DNA from: Mizuhopecten yessoensis
Taxonomy: Eukaryota
Assembly (NCBI RefSeq): GCF_002113885.1
Contig: NW_018480078.1
Span: 437,198-501,197, forward strand
Direction of reading: 5' to 3'
Length of the DNA: 64,000 nucleotides
Shown here: piece after piece, positions 1-12,537 of the stretch
How positions within the stretch are numbered: the first letter of the stretch is position 1
Layout: each line of letters opens with the position of its first letter
Program-made: the position numbers and the translations under genes
The notes under the pieces: generated by a model
Seen by the model: only the letters and a program-made list of their open reading frames with translations
The model's database searches: none
Told to the model about the DNA's origin: nothing

Positions 1-81
1 AATATATGGAACTTCTCTATCATATCAAAGTAAATAAATCCTATCTCAGTATGGAACCTAATATCTATCCTACTAAAACAA

Positions 82-172
82 TTAACTTGTTCACCCCTGA
101 AATGTCATAATGAACTATTCTAACCTTTGAATTGGATGAGTTCAAATGTGTCTTCAGGGGTGAATGAGTTTA
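82..172 (+). mobile_element. 83-bp TTAA-flanked hairpin MITE (piggyBac-like, family A)
   Basis: ttaa|CTTGTTCACCCCTGAA...TTCAGGGGTGAATGAG|ttta; 16-bp TIRs; same sequence recurs many times in the window. Confidence 0.85.
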
Positions 173-315
173 ACTACCTCTAATGTTGTTTTCGTTTTCA
201 ATTAGATGGCAAACTGTTACAAAAATCCTACATGATCGAGAAAAAATAATGAAAGAAAATATCATTATTATTATTAATGGCCATGGTAAGGTGAATACAC
301 ATACCGGTATCTTAA

Positions 316-636
316 CAATCTAATTAAAATTATATTTTCACATTGCTCCCGTTTACTGATATGTCGCGTTGAAGATCTAACAACATCCCAAACGTTGTCT
401 TGTAGATAGACACGGCGTGGGGTCATGGGCGCCGCCATTTTCGATGCTCATTTGACACCTTTCGGTCTTTTATCATAGCAAGTGTGTTCCGAAATCATTA
501 CATCATCACTTACAGAAATGCGCAAGCTCTCATCTGATTGGTTAATGCAAAGGTCGCCTGAACATGATCCTCTACGGGTTCAACGCGACATATCAGTAAA
601 CGTGAGCGATGTGAAGATATAATTTTAATTAGATTG
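316..636. mobile_element. 321-bp MITE with ~57-bp TIRs and 9-bp TSD (Mutator/MULE-like)
   Basis: TIR CAATCTAATTAAAATTATATTTTCACAT.../...ATGTGAAGATATAATTTTAATTAGATTG; exact direct repeat GTATCTTAA at 307-315 and 637-645. Confidence 0.9.
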
Positions 637-985
637 GTATCTTAACAAAATGGAGGTGTTGATTTATTTACATAAAACTTACAACTTAAGATTTAGAATT
701 TCATACATTGAAAGCTCTGATAACTTAATGATTTTTTTAGATATGAGATAGAAGATATAATCACAGATTACCATCACTTATAGTCTAAATAAAAAACTAG
801 GTACATGATTTTTTTTATCTTTGCGTAAGCAGTACAACACAACCATAATAAGACAATAACTTATATAAATGTAGAAAGGAATACGTGAACAGCCAAGCTC
901 AAGGGTATGTTATATAACATAATAAAGAACAAATTTCATGGCTTACATTACAAAAGAAATTAAATATAAACAATATACTTATTTA

Positions 986-1835
986 AACAAGAGGCCCATG
1001 GGCCTTAACGGTCACCTGAGTCTACAGTATTTATTTTTGTTGTTGAAATATGTACCAATTTGAGTAAAAAATAGTATAATGTTAACTTAACTTTGTCAGG
1101 ACCATGAGCTGATCATTCCTAGACCAATTTTAAGTGAGATCGGCCTATTAGAACTTAGTAGCAAAATAGCGGCCATGGCAGCCAAATTGTATTTCTGATT
1201 GACCCGAAAAATAACAACACTTTGTCAGGACCATGAGGCGATCATTCCTACCAACTTTCAGTTCAATCGGTCCAGCAGAACTTGACTTTAAGTTTGAAAT
1301 AGGTTTTCAAAATGGCGGCCGTGGCGGCCATATTGGATTTCTGATCGACCCGAAAAATAACAACACTTTGTCAGGACCATGAGGCGATCATTCCTACCAA
1401 CTTTCAGTTCAATCGGTCCAGCAGAACTTGACTTTAAGTTTGAAATAGGTTTTCAAAATGGCGGCCGTGGCGGCCATATTGGATTTCTGATCGACCCGAA
1501 AAATAACAACACTTTGTCAGGACCATGAGGCGATCATTCCTACCAACTTTCAGTTCAATCGGTCCAGCAGAACTTGACTTTAAGTTTGAAATAGGTTTTC
1601 AAAATGGCGGCCGTGGCGGCCATATTGGATTTCTGATCGACCCGAAAAATAACAACACTTTGTCAGGACCATGAGGCGATCATTCCTACCAACTTTCAGT
1701 TCAATCGGCCCAGCAGAACTTGACTTTAAGTTTGAAATGTAAAATGTTAACGGACGATGGACGACGGACGACGGACGACGACGGACGAAAACGGATAGCA
1801 ATAGGTCACTTGAGCTAAAGCTCAGGTGACCTAAA
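986..1835 (-). mobile_element. Non-autonomous Helentron-associated element (HINE/pearl-like) with internal 146-bp tandem array
   Basis: Minus strand: subTIR AGGTCACCTGAG plus adjacent inverted repeat, (CGTC/CGT)n microsatellite, ~4.5 core repeats (GACCCGAAAA at 1201, 1347, 1493, 1639), second subTIR, palindrome AGGCCCATGGGCCT, ends CTTGTT in T-rich DNA. Confidence 0.88.
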
Positions 1836-2104
1836 AAACCAAAAAAAACGTACCTTGGATATGTAATATATATATGCTACACAGCCATTGTAATAAACCT
1901 TCTGATAGCCATCAGAGCCCGCTTGTTCAGAGCCTGATTCTATAACAAGCTTTTATTACAACTTTTTCAAATTGCAATTTTTCGATAGATATCTGAAAAG
2001 TTGTATTTGTTGACAATCAGTTTAAATCCTGAAGCTGTCCTTTTAGTTTTGAATTTAAATATCTGTAAATACATACTAGATGTAAGTTTTACATTATTTT
2101 GTCT

Positions 2105-2195
2105 TTAACTTATTCACCCCTGAGGACACATTTGAACTCTTCCAATTCAAAGGTTAGAATAGTTCATCATGCAATTTCAGGGGTGAATGAGTTAA
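2105..2195 (-). mobile_element. Family A hairpin MITE
   Basis: Full copy in reverse orientation, TTAA on both sides. Confidence 0.9.
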
Positions 2196-3800
2196 ACTGA
2201 TCAGGTTTTGAACAGCAAGGCCCTGTGACCAGGTGTCAGAAACAAAATATGCCAATATTTAGTATTTCCACTTGCTTCAGGAAAAAACAAGCAAAATAGA
2301 TTTTAATCCAATGAATTGGCAAGGTTATTGTAAAATAAACAACAACATTCACTAAAATGTTTATACAATAATAATAAATGATTTTCTGCAATAAAATATT
2401 GGCAATATTGTACAATGCATTATGACATTTGAGACCTCACAGTCATTAGAATATATGAGACGTTTACTCCGAATTTATTTGTAAAATATTTGAGACAACT
2501 GTTACTGAATCTTATAAAAATTATCATACATTCAACGACAATAAAATGCCTGTATACGAGAGTGACATTAAAAACAACATATAAAGATGGGATGTTTTTA
2601 CATGTCTTAATAATTTTGGGAACAGAATAGGCAATTCAGATACATTGTAATTTGTCAATTTAAAAAAGCTCTAAATGCATTTGTATACACTTTGGAAGTT
2701 ATGATATCATTTTAAAAAAAACAAATGTTTCAGTTCATTTTTAGGATTGCTTTATTCCTGACAAAGGAACTATTTTGCAAAAATCTGAGTTGTATAATTT
2801 GAAGTAAGGGAGACCACTCTTTCTTTCTATATAAAAATAGGCAGAATTAAAAAAAGTATTTTGACAAATGTAGGCATTGGTTTGAAAAAGCTAGTTCTGA
2901 CAAATAAATACAATTTAAACAACGTTGAAATAGTTTTGTCTGAATTAAAATAATGTAGTAAATGCATAGCTATTATTCAAATCACTTTTAAAAAAGAATC
3001 GGTACAACAAGTTTATTTCAAACTATTTCCTAAACACTATAATGCTGAGCTTATTGAGGAAAACTTAAACCACTTTGATTGCAAGAAATAGTTATGAGTA
3101 ATATAGCATTTCTTAGATGTTTATACAATTAAATGTTTAAAGTAGATACTTTTTGTATAAAATTTTGCATAAAATTTCTTGAAAAGAAATAATCATTATT
3201 AAAACCTGGTTAAGGATATTTCAAAATAAGTGAAACATTGAGAAAATTTCCCTTAATTAAAACAAAACTATGTCAAGAGTCCTGCACTTGAGCAAGTCTA
3301 ATTAGTGATTTGTAGTGTCATACCTGTATGTTAATTCTCTCCGAAGTTTAGCCAAAATATAGAACTGGTGTGTTTGTAATGTGTATATTCAATTTAATGT
3401 ATTTATATTCATGAATGATAACAAAGTAAAAAGATGATATTACCAGGATAAATAAAAATCGTTTAGCTCTAAAAATCTGCTCATGAAACAAGAACTTTTT
3501 TCAAATAGGAAAAGAAATTCAACAGGAAAATGGCTATACTACAAGGGAGGTAACTGGAAAGAAAACTGCTACATGTATTCACTTATGGTAGTTGATATTG
3601 AGCCGAATAAATGGAAGACATCAGAATTAATGCAAGATACATAGAAAGATTATAAAGATAATTTTGAAGAAGGAAAATTAAATTAGAATATCATGTGCCA
3701 TAAGGATTTTTACATATAATTAACTATACAACACTAGCATAGGTAACATTGTGTGATTTTTTCTGCTACATGATAAAAATTAAATATTTTCAATTCTACG

Positions 3801-3806
3801 TTTATT
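3801..3806 (-). promoter_or_regulatory. Candidate proximal polyadenylation signal of RXYLT1
   Basis: AATAAA on minus strand ~70 nt after the stop codon; many other AATAAA occur downstream in AT-rich DNA, so the true site is uncertain. Confidence 0.25.
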
Positions 3807-3873
3807 TTTGTAATTATTAGGCAACTATGACAAAGGCATTCTAACAATATCCACTTTATAAACAAAGAAGCAG

Positions 3874-4288
3874 TTATCGATAAATATGAAAAAATCTTTC
3901 TTCTATAACACGTACAAATTTGTCTCGCATTTTCAGCTTAAAATTTTCGTACCAAGATATCAATTCTTTCCTTCGTTTTGCTTTATATTCTTGAGAGAAA
4001 GTTGCCTCCCTTTGCAGTATCTCTTTTAGTTCGTTCCAATCTTTGACATATATAACTGGAGCGTTTTCCTCTTTGAGCAAACGGAGTGGCACATTATTAG
4101 AGACTGGTGACTCGCCACATTGACCGGCGGTCATCACGTCTTCTATGACAGGGATGGAACCGTAGGACATGGCCTCGTAGATCCTATAGCACTCTGTATT
4201 AATCCCCACAGGATTTAGGGTAAGGTCACTTTGGGCGAGGGCCCTTAGGTATGTGTCTCTACTGTCCTCTGTCTCATTTGGTAACCAG
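3874..4288 (-). CDS. RXYLT1: Ribitol-5-phosphate xylosyltransferase 1 (TMEM5), last coding exon
   Basis: Acceptor ttttacag at 4290-4289; encodes [58 protein letters not shown]...FFHIYR*, matching the RXYLT1 motif [35 protein letters not shown] as I recall it. Confidence 0.96.
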
Positions 4289-4566
4289 CTGTAAAATCAA
4301 ATACAGTCTTTAATAGTATAGTTACAAAAATATTAATAATAATAATAATATTTTAACTATAAAAATTATTTTGATAAAACCATACACACTAATTTGCGCA
4401 TATCAATGGAAATTTCACTCATATTCTGAAGAATGTTCACCCACAAAGTAAGAGTAAGTGACTCAATATAAATATATAGGCTTTGGATTACTCACATAAG
4501 ATTCAATTCCGGTTGATCTAAATGTGACAAGGACAAATCTGTGACAACGTTACAGTTTTAAAACAG

Positions 4567-4657
4567 TTAACTCATTCACCCCTGAAATTTCATAATGAGC
4601 TATTTCAACTTTTGAATTGGAAGAGTTCAATTGTGTCTTCAGGGGTGAATGAGTTAA
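4567..4657 (+). mobile_element. Family A hairpin MITE
   Basis: Full copy, perfect TIRs CTCATTCACCCCTGAA, TTAA on both sides. Confidence 0.9.
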
Positions 4658-4862
4658 AGATGAATTCAACAAAGGGCAAATGTATCAAGGAAGACAGAAA
4701 ATATTACAGCTATTTTTTTTTTTTAAAACACATATTTTGCAATTGCAATTTGTCTCTGTATTTAAACCCTAGAACCCAGTATAGTTGAGCTAGGGGTAAA
4801 TATGAGAGGCTGCTTGACCATTAAAACATCGGAACTATACCTATTACGTTGTGTGGACTTAC

Positions 4863-5033
4863 GTGTGTCTGGCCTTTATAAAACAAGAACTTCCTATTGA
4901 GCTTGTGCTGAGAGTTTGCAGTAGCGTCTCTCTGGTCGAGTTCTTGTAGACTGTCCCTAAAAAGTTGCATATGTATTTTCTGCTGTTCATTACTGGAACA
5001 TTGTTACCTTTCACTTTAGGAAACTCGCGATAC
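4863..5033 (-). CDS. RXYLT1: RXYLT1 internal coding exon (171 nt, not in ORF track)
   Basis: Acceptor cttgcttcag, donor gtaagt; phase 2 on both sides; encodes YREFPKVKGNNVPVMNSRKYICNFLGTVYKNSTRETLLQTLSTSSIGSSCFIKARH (RXYLT1 CNFLGT motif). Confidence 0.95.
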
Positions 5034-5133
5034 CTGAAGCAAGAAAGAAAATTTATAACTGATTACATCATAGACAAAAGAACCCCACAATCATAGCAGC
5101 CAGGGGCAAAACAATATAGGTCTGTCAGTAGCA

Positions 5134-7045
5134 TCCCCTTAACTTCCTTAAGGATCCCTGTCCTGCTGCACTGTGTTTTTTGCTATGTACAGTAACCTCC
5201 CCTAACATCCTTAAGGATCCCTGTCCAGCTGCACTGTGTTTTTTCCTATGTACAGTAACCTCCCCTTAACTTCCTTAACGATCCCTGTCCTGCTTCACTG
5301 TGTTTTTTCCTATGTACAGTAACCTCCCCTAACATCCTTAAGGATCCCTGTCCCGCTGCACTGTGTTTTTTCCTATGTACAGTAATCTCCCCTTAACTTC
5401 CTTAAGGATACCTGTCCTGCTGCACTGTGTTTCTTCCTATGTACAGTTACCTCACCCTAACATCCTTAAGGATCCCCGTCCAGCTGCACTGTGTTTTTTC
5501 CTATCTACAGTTACCTCCCCTTAACTTTCTTAAGGATCCCTGTCCTGCTTCACTGTGTTTTTTCCTATGTACAATAATCTCCCCTTAACTTCGTTAAGGA
5601 GCCCTGTCCTGCTGCACTGTGTCTTTTCCTATGTACAGTTCCCTCCCCTTAACTTTCTTAAGGATCCCTGTCCTGCTGCCCTGTGTTTTTTCCTTTGTAC
5701 AGTTTCCTCCCCTTAACTTCCTTAAGGATACCTGTCCTGCTGCACTGTGTTTCTTCCTATGTACAGTAAATTCCCCTAACTTCCTTAAGGATCCCTGTCC
5801 CGCTGCACTGTGTTTTTTCCTATGGACAGTAACCTCCCCTAACATCCTTAAGGATCCTTGTCCTGCTGAACTGTGTTTTTTCCTATGTACAGTAATCTCC
5901 CCTTAACTTCCTTAAGGATCCCTGTTCTGCTGCACTGTGTTTTTTCCTATCTACAGTTACCTCCCCTTAACTTACTTACGGATCCCTGTCCTGCTGCACT
6001 GTGTCTTTTCCTATGTACAGTTACCTCTCCTTAACTTCCTAAAGGATCCCTGTCCTGCTGCCCTGTGTTTTTTCCTTTGTACAGTGACCTCCCCTTAACT
6101 TCCTTACGGATCCCTGGCCTGGTGCACTGTGTCTTTTCCTATGTACAGTTCCCTCCCCTTAACTTCCTTAAGGATCCCTGTCCTGCTGCACTGTGTTTTT
6201 TCCTTTGTACAGTTACCTCCCCTTAACTTCCTTACGGATCCCTGTCCTGCTGCACTGTGTCTTTTCCTATGTACAGTTACCTCCCCTTAACTTTCTTAAG
6301 GATCCCTGTCCTGCTGCACTGTGTTTTTTCCTATGTACAATAATCTCCCCTTAACTTCATTAAGGATCCCTGTCCTGCTGCACTGTGTTTTTTCCTATGT
6401 ACAGTAACCTCCCCTAACTTCCTTAAGGATCCCTGTCCAGCTGCACTGTGTTTTTTCCTATGTACAGTTACCTCCCCTTAACTTCTTTAAGGATCCCTGT
6501 CCCACTGCATTGTGTTTTTTCCTATTTACAGTAACCTCTCCTTAACTTCCTTAAGGATCCCTGTCCTGCTGCACTGCGTTTTTTCCTATGTACAGTAACC
6601 TCCCCTTAACTTCCTTACGGATCCCTGTCCTGCTGCACTTTGTTTTTTCCTATGTACAGTAACCTCCCCCTAACATACTTAAGGATCCCTGTCCTGCTGC
6701 ACTGTGTTTTTTCCTATGTACAGTATCCACCCCTAACATCCTTAAGGATCCCTGTCCTGCTGCACTGCGTTTTTTCCTATGTACAGTAACCTCCCCCTAA
6801 CATCCTTAAGGATCCCTGTCCTGCTGCACTGTGTTTTTTCCTTTGTACAGTTTCCTCCCCTTAACTTCCTTAAGGATCCCTGTCCTGCTGCACTGTGTTT
6901 TTACCTATGTACAGTTACCTCACCCTAACATCCTTAAGGATCCCTGTCCTAGGTCTGTCAGTAGCATCCCCTTAACTTCCTTGAGGATCCCTGTCCTGCT
7001 GCACTGTGTTTTTTCCTATGTACAGTAACCTCCCCTTAACTTCCA
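5134..7045. repeat. 61-62-bp tandem satellite, ~30 units, derived from the terminus of the family K element
   Basis: Unit GGATCCCTGTCCTGCTGCACTGTGTTTTTTCCTATGTACAGTAACCTCCCCTTAACTTCCTTAA; last unit runs on into the element body. Confidence 0.95.
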
Positions 7046-7240
7046 TTTGGATATTACTATAGGACAGTTGGGCCAGGACACTTCTGTTAACCAGGTAGCT
7101 TAATCTGTTAGAGCGATAGTACAACAATCTGGTGTCCAGTGTTCGAATCCCGGTTTAGCCTGGCTGAATTTCATCACACTCAGAACACTATTGATTTTTT
7201 TGTTCATTTCATCTTTTATTTTTTCTCATAAAAGTACCTT
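6985..7240 (+). mobile_element. Family K element (Kolobok-like, tRNA-containing), copy 1, right end missing
   Basis: Colinear similarity to 11399-11757, 25914-26439 (reverse) and 54828-55540. Confidence 0.75.
7089..7160 (+). pseudogene. tRNA-like (tRNA-Lys-related) relic inside family K element
   Basis: A box GTAGCTTAATCTGTTAGAGCG, B box GTTCGAATCCC at tRNA spacing; AATCTGGTGTCCAGTGTTC resembles tRNA-Lys(UUU) AATCTGAGGGTCCAGGGTTC; anticodon arm not intact. Confidence 0.65.
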
Positions 7241-7338
7241 TCTAATGCATTTCAACAAAATGTAGAAAACATCAAAATTTAACAGGTGAAAATTACATCA
7301 TTGTATCATATTACTAGATAATAAGAACAAATACTTAC

Positions 7339-7644
7339 GTAGCAACTCCTAACGGCCATTGATAGAAATTTATATTGTCAATTTTGGAACTGTCATAGGT
7401 TAGGAAAACCAATTTGACCAGACCATCGCTTTTTTCCATATATGGTTTGAGCCAATCATTATCACATCGCTCGTTGCCTAATAACACCACTGCCGCATTC
7501 TGAAGTTTCGGAAGGGAAGGGAGATAATCCAGCCATGTTTTGGCCAATGCAATTTTTGATGGTTCCCTGCCGTTTAGCACCAACACAACATTTTGTGCGT
7601 GTTTAGGAGCTTTTGACGGAATGACACCTGGACCTGTCCGATAT
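7339..7644 (-). CDS. RXYLT1: RXYLT1 internal coding exon (306 nt)
   Basis: Acceptor ttattccag, donor gtaagt; encodes YRTGPGVIP...NVVLVLNGRE...AVVLLGNERCDNDW...FYQWPLGVAT, characteristic RXYLT1 motifs. Confidence 0.96.
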
Positions 7645-7949
7645 CTGGAATAACAGAAATAAAACAATATAGTCAGTGAGAAATGTTGACATTAAAAAAC
7701 CAAAACCATGGTATTGCTTGCAGTAAGGAGAAAAACAATGTCCAAAAATACTTAAAGCTACAATATTAATAGACACTTAATCTAATTATGTGGGTATTGA
7801 GTTTGTATATGTTAGAGTAATTCGAAATTCAAATTGTAATGACAGTTTAAAAAATACCCAGCATAGTTTTCCCTGTTTTGTATTAGGAGCTTGAAGCTTG
7901 GAAAAATTACTCAATATCATCAATGATTTCTTCTTGGAAAGAAAAGTCT

Positions 7950-8040
7950 TTAATTCATCAACCCCTGAAATTTGATAATGAACTATTCCAAACTTTGAAT
8001 TGGAAGAGTTTAAATGTGTCTTCAGGGGTGCATGAGTTAA
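7950..8040 (+). mobile_element. Family A hairpin MITE
   Basis: Full copy with TTAA flanks. Confidence 0.88.
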
Positions 8041-10059
8041 TAGAAGGGTTAACAAGTGATGAATAAAAACACATAAACTACTGAAGAACCCTTTTGTGCT
8101 CTCTGATTCCTAGTGGTAACTCGGTTTGAATGTATCTTTTACCAATGTCTTGTTCAGTGGCACTTCATCTCTAGTTATCATATTTTCTAGAATCATCTGA
8201 CCCTTTAATTCTAGTTTTGACATGTTCCTTCATGACACGGACAAACAGCAGTAGCTATATATGTCCAATTTGCCCCATTCACCTCATCAAATGTCTTTAT
8301 AATGGACAATAAACCATGCAGCAATGGTTATTTCACGACCAGACACAATACACTGTCAAGTGCTCCGGGTGATGTCGTCAGTAACTGATTTCATATTGTT
8401 CTTATTTTCACAAAAAAAACTCTGCTCTGAATGATATTGTTTCAGAAAATTCCTGTAAATGTCAAGACAAAAAAAAAAATTCTTTCAGGATTGGTTTACA
8501 GAATAATACTTTTTTAGAAGTTCCTTTTATTGATCCGCCTTCATACCGATTCAGAATCATACTGCACTAAATGTTGGTAACCAAATTCTTGGAATCCAAG
8601 TCTTATTCAATATCTGAGTGCACTAAAACATCTTCAATCAGTCTCTCAGTATAAGTCTGCAGTTCATACAGCACTAAATAGTGAGACCAAACTGTAGATT
8701 CTCTGTTTGATATCAACACTTGCCAATCCTCGCTCCTTCTGTCTCTACGTAGTCAGCGATCACAAGGTTAAATCTCCCCTCCCCCATGCCTCAAATGCCA
8801 GTATTTACTGCAAAGGAAGACAGTAAATTGTCTGTAGGATCCAGAGTCTCACTTTGATGCTCAGGGCATTGGCAACTTGACTATAGCTGATCAGAAAGTT
8901 GAATTTTGCAACTTGTATAAAAAAAAAAAAAAAAAAAAAAAAAGTGCTTAATTTTTGTTTGTTTTAAATACACATAATCTTAAATCAAACCTCAATGAGT
9001 AATTTGGTATGAGCTTCAACATTTATAATAAATAACAATATATAATTTACAAAACTGTTTTTGAATTGGTGATCATCTAACAAGGCTTGAGAAAACATCG
9101 ATATCTAAGCCATGTCACTGACTTAATGTACTGTTGAAGTGAACTTCGGAATGGTTAAAAGTGAAAACTCAATTACTGTATAGATGTTTCTTGGCCTAGT
9201 TATTTATTTACAATGTTTCAATGTTGACTTTCAACTGAAATTACAACCAACTACCATTTTGTTCCTTCCAACCAATTTATATTTGAAAAACATGAACGTA
9301 GTTAATGAGTATGTGAAGGTCGAGCGAAGCCCTGGGTTTATAAACTTAATTATACCTTGAAAAACACAGTGGTAAACTTTATAGAATCAATATTTTTTTT
9401 CACAAACAGTAATTATAAGTCTTAAGAAAAGACAAGCATTGTAACTACTTTATCGACCTACTGGTTACTCAGTTCTATGAAAATAAACGCCATTGTTGAA
9501 AGTGGATACTTCCTGAAGCGTTTCCTGAATGTGAAAAGTTATAATCTTCTTGCAAAAACAGTTTCTAAAAAAACATATTTCTGAACTGTTTTCAAAACCT
9601 TAACTTTTTTAATAATGAGCATACTTTAAACAAAATATTCCAATTTCAAATAAGTCAAACACAAGGTCGGAGTTAATACATGTACACCACAACATTCGTC
9701 TCAATATAAATTCATGATAAAGATTTAGTCTAGATTATTGCCAATATACAGTTTATATTAAAGTCAATATCTTATTAGAACATAAAATATGTGCATGAGG
9801 CTGTGGGGATAAAATTGAAACATAAAATCCCAAAACTCTCTATAATAATTTCCCCTGAACATTGTACTTTCAATTATGACCATGAAATCTAAAATGGAAG
9901 ACACTAAAAAAACACCATAAAATGTTGTCACACCATATCATTATGTTTACAACATTGGACCGTTTTATGGCATTCATATTGCCATAAAGTGTACATGTCA
10001 TTATACAGGTCTTTGCCAATAGTGTGTATACTGAGAAACTCAATTATTTGCCCTACACC

Positions 10060-10216
10060 GATAAAATCATCATTCACCTAGCGATAACTTTGTCCTTCAT
10101 GTGCTGTTGTATATAAGGTATGCTGTGTTTCTATATTCCATAAATTTGCCACCATTGTCAAGGGCGAAAAGGGCAAAAGTAAATAAAATGAGGCGAACAT
10201 TTCCAGGCATATAGTA
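10060..10216. mobile_element. Degenerate TA-flanked (Tc1/mariner-like) MITE
   Basis: Reverse complement of the right end (TACTATATGCCTGGAAATGTTCGCC...TTTTGCCCTTTTCGCCC) resembles the element starting at ~63932. Confidence 0.45.
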
Positions 10217-10967
10217 TCCGATTACACCAAAACAATGGGTGTATTTTTAATTTGACATGGTTATATGTACACCTTGTCACTTGTAGGATTGATAGAAGTA
10301 TAATACAGGGAAAACATGTTTACAATCAGTCTATTCTATTGGAAAATTAGAAAATTATAAAGTGAAAACATGACACTATTATGCAACCAATCAGATCCAA
10401 AATCCGTCTATTAATTGCGTTAAAGTGAAGCATGGTTATAACATTATAGTGTTGTCTCACTGAAATTCTCTCCCACACTTGACACATACATTAACCTAAC
10501 TTGTGATAGATTTAACAGCAACCAATTTTATCATGATATCTCATTGAAATAGTCAGGTATAAAAATAAGTTGTGATATAATCTAATCTAACTGACTTTAA
10601 AGTCTCATATTTCCCAATTTTTCGAAATTTCCATGGGGAAGAAGATTATGCATGGTCAGAATTAAAAGAACATTAAATGAAATGATTGAATGTACACCTT
10701 ACGTTAAAAAACACTTTAAAATGAATGAAATCATCAGATCTTAGAAAATAGGAATAGTTTAGCAAATTCACTGGTTGAAAATGCTCAATTTTAGGGTCCA
10801 CGATCGGGAGTCTCCCTTTAAAATAGGGAGAGTTGGTAGGTATGAAATCTAATGTTATTGAACTGTCCAAACATGACACATATGATAAGAATTTACTCCA
10901 GTCAATATTAAAGTGCTGTCACAATGAAATATCTAAACATATCACATCCCCTTCTAGTCAAACAGAC

Positions 10968-11053
10968 TTCAATCACCCCTACATATTTAAACTGGACTTG
11001 TCCAGTCTTTGATTTCATAAGGTTCAAATGTGACTTTTAGGTGAATGGGTTAA
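10968..11053 (+). mobile_element. Diverged family A-related MITE
   Basis: TCACCCCT...GTTCAAATGTGACTTTTAGGTGAATGGG|ttaa. Confidence 0.6.
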
Positions 11054-11398
11054 TTCCTGCCACTGAAAAGTTCTGTGATAGTCCATGGCAACTAGGGATA
11101 AAGAACTGTACACTGTTACATGCTGTGTTGGATAGGAGTAGGCGGTAATTTAGCTAGCCTATAGTGGCAATGTGATATTATACATATAGTCATGTGAATA
11201 CAGCATCCTAATGCAATTGTTTATTGCACCATGAACATCATTAACCTTTATGTATGGTTCATTAATCAAACAAATGGGAATTAGCTCCCCCCCCCCCCCC
11301 CCCCCCCCCTTGTTTTCTAGGTCAAGGCGAACACCTACATTATTAACACTAGTCGTTCCATCCAGTCCTTCAGTCCCCATTAGAGTTAGATTCACAAA

Positions 11399-11757
11399 TG
11401 TCCCACTGTACTATGGATTGTCATAAATACAATATCTCCCCTTAATTTCGTTTTGGATATAACTGTAGCACAGTTGGTCCATTCACTTCCACGGATCAGT
11501 TAACTCAATAAGTTAGAGCAAAAGTACATGTATAACAACAAGTCAAGGCTCCTGGGTCTAGCCATCCTGATTAATGATTTTACACTCAGAACATTATTGT
11601 TGATTATTTTTTGTTTAATTTATCTTCATTTTTTCCCCATAAAAGTCCCGGAAGGTTTACTTTTCTTTTGAAAAATGATTTATCAAAGATAAAGTGATAC
11701 CGGAAGAAGAAATTTCAATTGAATATGTTTTGGTTTTTAGCAGTGGTTCCCGGATCC
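11399..11757 (+). mobile_element. Family K element, copy 2 (diverged)
   Basis: TCTCCCCTTAATTTC...TTGGATATAACTGTAGCACAGTTGG, degenerate A box, ACACTCAGAACA, CATAAAAGTCC, right terminus GGATCC|tcaa. Confidence 0.7.
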
Positions 11758-12462
11758 TCAAGAAATCTTTAAGTTTCTCCATAGAAAAGTATCATTGTAG
11801 ATTGCAGTTAAGAAGAAATGGAAATTTATGGAAATTTTCATGTAGAAATATTTAGAAGTACTATATGGTATAGTTAGTCTTAAAACACAGCAGAAAATGC
11901 TGATTGTCATTGTATGATAATCCTAGTGTTATTATTCAATATTTTTTGTGAAAGAGAGATATTGAGAATATGTTAATCTTGGCTATTGAAGAATATACAT
12001 TTAAGAAAGGTCATGAAAAGGTCACTGAGCTGAGTACTATATACTTCTTGGAAGTTTTCACTTAGATAAGGGAGGTAAATGATAGTGAATACATTCCTGA
12101 TGATTATAACATGTTTCAAAAGGAATACAAAACAGAGAACTTAGAAGATATATTTGTTTGATAGCTAAACTAATGTATGGCTCTGATCACACTACAAGAA
12201 ATAAATATGCAATTTTGATGTAAAACACGAAATTTTAAAGCATAAATCTTTCAGCAGCTGCACTTTCCTTGTATAATTACTATAACGTAACGGGTTTTAA
12301 AACGTAGCCTAATGTCGCTCCCTTTTGACACCAATAACAATTAAAGATGAGATACTGTGACTGTGGAAAATAGGTTTCATTAAAAGTGTTAAGTACAAAG
12401 GATTTCTTTTACAGTTATGTACGGGGCAATGGCCTTCGATCTGAATGCACTTTTACTGAATT

Positions 12463-12537
12463 TGAACTCGTTCACCCCTGAAATTTCATAATGAACTATT
12501 CCAACCTTTGATTTGGAAGAGTTCAAATATGTCTTCA
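12463..12537 (+). mobile_element. Family A hairpin MITE, right TIR truncated
   Basis: Matches consensus up to ATGTCTTCA. Confidence 0.8.

Noticed and set aside
1580-1801. 73-aa ORF and similar ORFs at 21348-21623 and 21827-22102
   Set aside because: They lie in or run out of HINE elements; no coding signature
5594-7028. Repetitive ORFs on both strands
   Set aside because: Translations of the 61-62-bp satellite; frames shift with unit length
7089-7160. Functional tRNA gene
   Set aside because: Anticodon and acceptor stems are broken and the segment is embedded in a dispersed repeat; treated as a relic
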